Below are positions 55,241-64,000 of a stretch of DNA of 64,000 nucleotides, one piece after another. Origin of the DNA: Octopus sinensis (Eukaryota); NCBI RefSeq assembly GCF_006345805.1, contig NC_042999.1:24118001-24182000 (forward strand), in the 5' to 3' direction. The notes beneath the pieces were generated by a model, which searched no databases, was not told where the DNA came from, and saw only the letters and a program-made list of their open reading frames with translations. How positions within the stretch are numbered: position 1 is the first letter of the stretch; each line of letters starts with the position of its first letter. A program made the translations under genes and the position numbers.

Positions 55241-55966
55241 ATACATAACATGTATGAAGACTGACTAGGCCCTATTTGAATTATTTCATTTTTACGATAG
55301 TCTTTAGCGATAGTCGTGAAATAATTAATTCCATGTGTTCTGAAGCAAATGCATTAATTTGTCTACTAAAGTGATAACATGCTAGTCGTTCGTGTTCGTA
55401 CAAGATTATTTCAGCGCCAAAGAGATATACAGACTACACACACGGACATGATGAAACATTCATACACCATTAAACCATACGCTTATATATGCAGATAAAT
55501 AAGTTTATATATAGTCTGACACGCTGAGGAACAGCTGTTTCAAGTAATTTTTACAGGGACGTATAATATAATGATATCTATAAATACAAAATCTATTACT
55601 CTATACTATATACTTAGAAAAATTTTACACGCACGTACGCACATAGACACACACATACACAATTAAAATAATGACAAAGAAACAGGAAACTACGCAAAGA
55701 AATTCATTGGGCCACAGCTGTTTCTGCTGCATATGCAGTGCACTGAGAGCTGAGTGCTTGTTCATCCCCATATTGATTCATCTAACCTAATTTAGTTCAT
55801 TGCATAATTTCCTCTTCCTTTGTCATTTTTAAATTTCATATTACACCCTGTACTCGGTTAATGTGTTATTTTGAAGCATTTTTCTGAAGTATATTCTGAA
55901 GCATATTGAGTTCTAACACCAGGTTATTACTAACACTATATATGTATGTTTGTGTATGTATATCTA

Positions 55967-56423
55967 TTGGGTTGTCCGGAAAGTTCGTGCCGATTTTTAA
56001 AGGCCAATAAATACTTGTCATTACATTTTTAATCAACCAAATATGAACCATTTTGTTGCACAATGTGTCTCCATCTTTCCTTTAACTTGAAAATACCCTC
56101 TTCCCAGAATTGAGGTAGATTCATGGCAAAGAATTCACCAAGGTATCTTTTTACGTCATCCAAAGAATTGAAATGTTTACCATTAAGACTATTCTGCAGA
56201 GACCTGAATAAGTGGAAATGCGAAGGAGCAATATCAGGTGAATATGGAGGGTGAGGTAACACATCCCAGCCGAGCTGCAGCAATTTTTGTCTGGGTCCCA
56301 AAACATCAAGTGCTGAAAATGAACTTTCTTATCTTCCATTTTAAAGGGTTACAGAATTAACATAGGTTATAGGAACATAAACCTTCTTCAACGAAAAGAT
56401 AGCATAAACTGTGCTCTAAATAT

Positions 56424-56469
<46 letters not shown>

Positions 56470-56560
56470 GTCAAATCCTATTTTATGGACTCAACCATGT
56501 TCTAAAATAAGTCGAAATATATGCTACTATAAATCGGCATGAACTTTCCGAACAACCCAA
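55967..56560 (-). mobile_element. Internally deleted mariner, same family as 38610-39253
   Basis: TA-ttgggttgtccggaaagttcgtgccgattt ... aaatcggcatgaactttccgaacaacccaa-TA; encodes WDVLPHPPYSPDIAPSHFHLFRSL. Confidence 0.92.
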
Positions 56561-56568
56561 TATATATA

Positions 56569-56728
56569 TGAGGAGGTACCGAAAAGTTCCTGGCTTTGGG
56601 TCAAAGAAAATACAAGCTCAGCTAAATATGAATTTTTTTCAATATCTTCCTCTCTAAGATTTACACTCATTGCAATGTTCCTTCAGTTTTTCGAAGGCCG
56701 GAGCCAGGAGCATTTCAGCATCCCCTCG
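56569..56728. mobile_element. Mariner-derived MITE (about 160 bp, TA-flanked)
   Basis: Imperfect TIRs tgaggaggtaccgaaaagttcctggct / agccaggagcatttcagcatcccctcg; related end at about 57448. Confidence 0.6.
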
Positions 56729-58098
56729 TATATATGTATATGTGCGTATTAGTGCGCGTGCGCTCTATTGTGTGTGTGTATGTGTGTGTGAGTGGGTGAA
56801 TGTATGTGTGCATAGGATGGCGAGTAGTCGGTGCCTCCCATCTCAAGCTCAGAGCCGACCAGAAGTAACGAACAGCAATTATCTCCATCATTATATGAGG
56901 CTGAAAGGAAATAAAGACTGAGAAATGCAGAAGAAAAGAACAGAAAAGTGAAAATGCAAAAGAAAAAAAAAATCCTTTAAAAATGTGCCGAGACTAAAGA
57001 GAAGAAAATAGCTGTGGGAACCTAAGCAAAAGTTTTATCAAGATTAGATATAACAGCTTATTGAAACAGATGGATTACCTGAGAGGACATAAAGGAAATT
57101 GTATTTATTGAATAGGATAAGAAGAGCGATTAATTTAAAATTTGAACTAAAAACGAGAAGCTCAAGGTAAAATCTACTGAATATGGTAAATTTCATAACT
57201 GAACAAAATTCGAAGGTGCTCAAACTCGGTTTGCTCAAAATCGTTAGATAGTCTGTGTCTACATAAGTTTCGGTTTCTGAATACTATGCTGGTGGATTGC
57301 TTTTATGAACATTGCTTAATGACAGACGCAGGCATGGGGAAGAGGTAAGTAGCTTACTTCTCAACGACATGGTTCCCAGTTCAGTCTCACTGCGTGGTAC
57401 CTTCGGAAAGAATCTTCTACCATAGCCTCGGACCGACCGAAACGGTAACGAAAGGGTGCTGAAAAATTCCTGGCATTAAGGACATCGTGAAAGCCCTTCC
57501 GAATTATTTTATATGACTTAAAAACACTGAAGGAGCGCTGCATGCAATTAGTGTGTGAATCTGAGAGGGGAATACGTTGAATAAAATATAATTAACTGGT
57601 CCTCGTATGCCACAAGGTCTCATAATCCAGAAATCAATCCCATTGCGTGTTAATTTGGGCAAACTTCTTGAACTACAGCTTCCGCTCGACCCTCGCCTTC
57701 TGTTTGAAATCACACACATGGAAAGGTTGTATTTGTAATTCAAAGATGCAGTCTTACTACACTATGTAATAACCTGCTACCACATTGAAATTCCATTAAA
57801 GATACACATATCTGTGGAATGTATAACCTTTCTCATTATAATATAATGAGAAGACAGTTCAGTAGATGAACAACCAAAAATTCATGTTCGGAAATTCTAA
57901 CCGAAATCCATTTTGTGAAATTTTTGCTCCATCAGTCGTTAATGATACACACACACACACACACACGCACGCACGCACGTACGTACGTATGTATGTATGT
58001 ATGTATGTATGTATGTATGTAGTATGTATGTATGTATGTATGTATGTATGTATGTATGTATGTATGTATGTATGTATGTATGTATGTATGTATGTATG

Positions 58099-58142
<44 letters not shown>

Positions 58143-58193
58143 ACCAATCTTTAATGATATATCTATATATACATATATATCATCGTTCTTTAA

Positions 58194-58241
<48 letters not shown>

Positions 58242-59760
58242 GCATGCATCTATCTCTATAGGCGTATGTATATAGTACAGACACACACCTACACGCACAC
58301 AATATATGTGTGAGTAGTAGTAGTAGTAGTAGTAATAGCAGCAGCAGCAGAAGTACAGCAGTAGTAGTAGTAGGTATATAATTTAATATTTTTTCCATAG
58401 ATAGAAAGAGAGAATGAGAAACAGCCTTAATTGATATTCGAACTTTTCTGGGCTTTCATCAGTGGCATCTACGTCACTTTGACCGATCTCAGGAAAATAA
58501 GCTGTCAATGTGTTTACATACGCGACAAGTCCAGTACCTACAGAGAACTGGATCTACAGTTTGCATTCCGTGAGTGTTTAACACTTTGCTGGATATCAGC
58601 GAACTATCAAGGGCGATCTGAGTCCACACAATATCAAGGCATGACAAAAGGTAAAAGGATAAAGACCCTCTTCGGTCATAAATATCCATGGGATTGCATC
58701 CATAAGTTAACCCTCCGAGGCACAAGTCTGGGCAAGGTTGCTTCACTGAATGAAAACCAGAAGTTGCCCATGCATACCAGCCTCCCCTCACCACATCACC
58801 GATGATATCCAAGGTTGTATTTGTAATTCTAGCATAGGAGCCGCAGTACGTGACCCCCACCCCTTATTTTTGTTGAACCTAGAGGGTAAATACCAAAGCA
58901 GACTTCAAGACCCAATACCTACATATCCAAACGTGGCAAAGAAAGAATGGTGCGCTAGTGCACATATACATACCTACATACACGCAAGTGTGATTCAAAA
59001 ATTATACGCACACTTAATTTTGTGGTTCCGGGTTCAGTCCCATTGCGTGGCACCTTGGGCAAGTGTCTTCTACTATAGCCACAGGCTGACCAAAGCCTTT
59101 TTAGTGGATTTGGCAGACGGAAACTGAAAGAAGCCCATCGTATATATATGTATGTGTGTGTGAATATGTTTGTGTGTCTGTGCTTGTCCCCCAACATCGC
59201 TTGACAACCGATGGTGGTGTGTTTACGTCCCCGTAACTCAATTGTTCGGCAAAAGCGACCCATACAATACGTACTAGGCTTACAAAGAATAAGTCGTGGA
59301 GTCGATTTGCTCGACTAAAGGTGGTGCTCCAGCATGGCCACAGTCAAATGACTGAAACAATCGTTCATACAAATGCAGATACAGCTTGGCACTAGTGACG
59401 TCGCAGCTCATTGATTGCTACAGTTGAGTGAACTGGAACAACATGAAATAAAGTGGCTCGCTCAAGAACACAACGGACAGCCCGGTCGGGGAACCGAACA
59501 CACTACCTCATGACTGCGAGCCTGACGCTCTAACCATTGGATCAGGCGTCTTCTTAAGGTATGATATAAGATATATCACCTATGTAACAGATGGCAAATT
59601 TAACCACTATGTAACATGGCAAATTTAACCACTTCTCCACAGACTGGAAAAATAGTGAACGGCTTTAATCGATTTTTGAGCCACATTGGATTCTCATCAA
59701 ATGAATTGTTAACCAATCTCTTATATATATAAATTTATGAAGGAGAATATGTGTGTGTGT

Positions 59761-60970
59761 ACGAAGGGATGTCAAATACTATCCGCGCTTTTGTCAAAAC
59801 TTTCTTTAGGTTAGCTGCACTGCTTCGGCGTTTACGTGATGCAAACAGTCAGTACGCCTGTGGTTATATAACCGAGGTTCGATCTTGATCGCTCTCGTTT
59901 TCTTTCTTTTGTCACTGACCGCTCTGCTGGTAGTGAGCCCCATGGGGGAACAGAGGTCAGTAGTCTGATTTCTCTGCTCTGACGGTGTATCAGGGGTTGA
60001 AATTCATTGTAAGCTTTCGGTACAATGCGGGGACAGAGCTCTACCGCGTGGAAGTGTGTATGAGTGGATCGAGAAGTTGAAAAATGGCCGAACAAGCTTG
60101 AAGCATTACCACCATCTTCCTCCACTGACATGAAGATTCCATAAGCTCGGGAGATGGTTCTGTCAAACCGACGAGTAACGATCGAAGAGGTGTTATGTTC
60201 TATACAAATCAGTTACGGTTCGGTATGCGAATTCCTCCACGACAAGTTTCGGTTCCATGAGGTCTGTGCGTGATGGTTGCCAAGAGAGATTACCGAAGAA
60301 CATAAACACAATCATGTGGAGATCTGTGAACTATTACTCGACCGCTAAAACGATGAAGATGAAGCTCTTTGGGAGTGAATAGTCACAGATGAGACCTGTG
60401 TAAGAGTCATTTTGGGTAAGAATCCAAAAGGCACAGTATGGAGCTAAAAAACCCGGAAAACACATTCAAGACTCAACCCTCTGCAGAAAAAGTGATACTC
60501 TTTTTTGCGTATACAGGAACATTACCTGGAAAAGGAGTTGGGACTACAGTTACCAATGTAAGATACATTGATATGCTGGTCAACAAACTGAAACCAACAA
60601 TTCACACCAAACGTCGAGGTCAATTGTCAAAGCAAGTGTTATTGTTGTTCAACAATGCACGCCCATGTACAGCCGCCCAAATCGTTGAAACCATTGTTGA
60701 AAAATTGTAATTATACTTGCTGCAACACCATGCAGTCAAGATCTCACGCCTTCCGACTATTACCTCTTTAGACCGCTCAAAAACCCTTTACAAGGTCGAC
60801 GAATTGCTATGGATGAGGAAGCGCAGAAAGCGGTGCATAAATGACGATGATACCAGCCGAAAACCATTCTTCTCCGATGGAATAGGCAAACTTGTGGAGT
60901 GCTGCAAGAAGTGCAGGAGATAATGCAGGGAAATAATCAAAGAGCAAGGAGATAATTTCGAAAACTTATA
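59761..60970 (+). mobile_element. Heavily decayed near-full-length mariner (irritans/Hsmar2-like)
   Basis: tacgaaggg left end; broken peptides VCA*WLPREIT, IVTDETC, TQPSAEKVI, LLLFNNARPCTA, DLTPSDYYLFRPLK. Confidence 0.8.
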
Positions 60971-60972
60971 TA

Positions 60973-61145
60973 GGCGTAGGAGTTGTTGTGTGGTAAGTAG
61001 CTTGCTTACCAACCACATAGTTCCGGGTTCCGTCCCACTGCGTGGCACCTTGGGCAAGTGTCTTCTACTATAGCCTCAGGTTGACCAAAGCCTTGTGAGT
61101 GGATTTGGTAGACGGAAACTGAAAGAAGCCCGTTGTAAAGATGTA

Positions 61146-61192
<47 letters not shown>

Positions 61193-61425
61193 GTATGTGT
61201 GTGTGTGTGTGTGTGTGTGCTTGTGTGTCTGTGCTTGTCCCCCCAACATCGCTTGACAACCGATGCTGGTGTGTTTACGTTCCCGTAACATAGTTGTTCG
61301 GCAAAAGAGACCCATACAATACTACTAGGGTTACAAAGAATAAGTCCTGGATTCGATTTGCTCGACTAAATGCAGTGCTCCAGCATGGCCACAGTCAAAT
61401 GACTGAAACAATTAAAAGAGTTAAA
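60973..61425 (+). mobile_element. SINE family A copy (5'-truncated sister copy at 59021-59360)
   Basis: Matches family A; shares private variants with the 59021 copy. Confidence 0.85.
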
Positions 61426-62148
61426 ATAGCAAGCGTTCAAACCTTGCTTTTGTTTGAATAAATTACAGAATTAAGCGTGCGTATAATTTTTGAACCACAC
61501 TCGGATGTATGTAGGTATGTATATGAGCGTATATGTGCACTAGTGCACCATTCTTTCTTCGCCACGTTTGGATATGTAAGTATTGGGTCTTGAAGTCTGC
61601 TTTGGTATTTACCCTCTAGGTTCAACAAAAATATTATTTTATCGAAATCTATGCACGTTTTAGGTTTTGCTTTCTGCATCGATGATATTGTTGGCTGCGA
61701 GAACAGAGGTAATTTTCATTCATGTACGCAACGCGCGCACACCACGTACGCACGCATGCACGCACGAACACATACGCACGTACACGTACACACGCACACA
61801 CACATACACACGTACACGTACGCACGCACACACACAGGCATGCACACACACACACACACGCACACATTTATATATATATGTGTGTATATATATGTATATA
61901 TGTATGTATGTATATACATATATATATATATGTATGTATATACATATATATATGTATGTATGTATATACACATATATATATATGTATATATACACACATA
62001 TATATATATGTATGCGTGTATATACATATATATATATGTATATATACACACATATATATATGTATATATATGTATGCATGTATATACATATATATATATG
62101 TATATATATATATATGTATGTATATACACATATATATATATATGTATG

Positions 62149-62182
<34 letters not shown>

Positions 62183-62357
62183 ATATGTATATATATGTAT
62201 ATATATATATGTATGTATGTATATATATATGTTTATCATTTAAGTGTGCGTGCATGTATGCCTGTGAGTATGTGTTCACAAACAACCTCACAAATAGATG
62301 CACAGGTACATACACACACATACAGGTGAGCGCTCACACACACACACACACACACAC

Positions 62358-62389
<32 letters not shown>

Positions 62390-62908
62390 CTCAAAGGCAT
62401 ACATAGATACATACAAACATATTTATATGCGCGTGTGTGTGTGTGTGTTGTTTATTGGCAGCCAGTGTGCACCTAACGTTCCATTATGTACAGGTGATTT
62501 ACCACATTGTATAACTTTGACTCAGGTTGGTACCATTTCAAACATTTTTGATTCCAGACACACCTAAAAGTGCACCTGCTCTGCTACATAAACGTGTCAA
62601 ATATTGACATTTCTACTCCTGTGTTATTTTTGGCCAACTCAATTAATATTTTGTCAATGTTTGTAGTAATATTTAGCTACATATAAGGTCAGTACCCGGC
62701 AGAATCTGCAGTGCATTATACTAAAATATAATATTTTCAGGCTATTAGGGAGTCTCTTAGTTCCATAAACTAGCTAGACATAGTAGCTAAATTTCTCTTA
62801 ACTCATATGTATTAATTTTAGAAACCAAGAGAGTTGTATACTGTATATGTATGTATATATGCTCCCGCACACACACACACAAACATACCTATGCATATAT
62901 ATATACAT

Positions 62909-63305
62909 AGGCGCAGGAGTGGCTGTGTGTTAAGTAGCTTGCTAACCAACCACATGGTTCCGAGTTCAGTCCCACTGCGTGGCATCTTGGGTAAGTGTCT
63001 TCTGCTATAGCCCCGGGCCGACCAATGCCTTGTGAGTGGATTTGGTAGACGGAAACTGAAAGAAGTCCGTCGTATATATGTGTATATATATATGTATGTG
63101 TTTGTGTGTCTGTGTTTGTCCCCCTAGCATTGCTTGACAACCGATGCTGGTGTGTTTACGTCACCGTCACTTAGCGGTTCGGCAAAAGAGATCGATAGAA
63201 TAAGTACTGGGCTTGCAAAGAATAAGTCCCGGGGTCGATTTGCTCGACTAAAGGCGGTGCTCCAGCATGGCCGCAGTCAAATGACTGAAACAAGTAAAAA
63301 AAAAA
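62909..63305 (+). mobile_element. SINE family A copy
   Basis: Matches the family A head, body and tail. Confidence 0.88.
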
Positions 63306-63314
63306 ATATATATG

Positions 63315-63346
<32 letters not shown>

Positions 63347-64000
63347 CATACACACAGGCACACATATATACCAGAGGCGACGCCAAGTCATCAGCATCAC
63401 TCGGGCTCATTACAGATTTCGCATAAGACACATGCTTGCTCGAAGAATTTCACGTTTTTCCGCTTCATTTCTAGCCTCAAGTGGCTTGTTTCTTTTTATA
63501 TCTAACACTGTGTCTTCATTCCTAAGTTAAGGGTAAAAATAAAGCAACCCTGCAAAACACAACTGATCTTTACACACAGACACACAGAATATTAGCAATC
63601 AAATAACGACAGCGGAGTGTACGACAAACATCAGCGATCTGACTGTCGCCTCTACTCTTGACAAGAGAAGCCAGTTAGTCTTCTACACCTACCAGGTTCA
63701 TTCGTTTTAGCCCGAGTTGCTGGATAATTTTCCGTTCCTTTAAGAATATTGTACAACAGAAAGTTTCCATAGATTGGAATTTAAATCCTAATCTCTATAA
63801 AAATTTATTGTTTCAAGAAAACACTGAATTTGAACTACTTTTAATTTTTACGATTATAGATAACAACTCGGGCTGTAACATCTGAGCCCAAGTCAGGCGC
63901 GTGTCAACGATGTGAGAACGTCTGCTACGAATGATATTTTGTTGACATAGATGACCGCCAGACGCTGAACGAAAGTAAATAATCTGCGGCGAAGCTTTAT

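Overview
AT-rich, microsatellite-saturated animal genomic DNA. The SINE families suggest a cephalopod, probably Octopus (inference). Almost all ORFs in the supplied track are microsatellite artefacts. The one real gene I can reconstruct is on the minus strand, from ATG 28070 leftwards to at least 639, and it continues off the left edge. It has 15 phase-compatible GT-AG exons encoding a predicted signal peptide, an 8-Cys WSC domain, a VWA domain with intact MIDAS and at least 10 tandem EGF repeats, one per exon. The rest is mobile DNA: several tRNA-derived SINE families, decayed mariner and maT (DD37D) transposons, MITEs, RLE-type (R4/Dong-like) LINE pieces lying in (TAA)n tracts, RTE, Helitron and Penelope-like remnants, and several short inserts with minimal hammerhead-ribozyme-like cores. 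There are also two minisatellites and a probably misassembled segment beside a 100-N gap.
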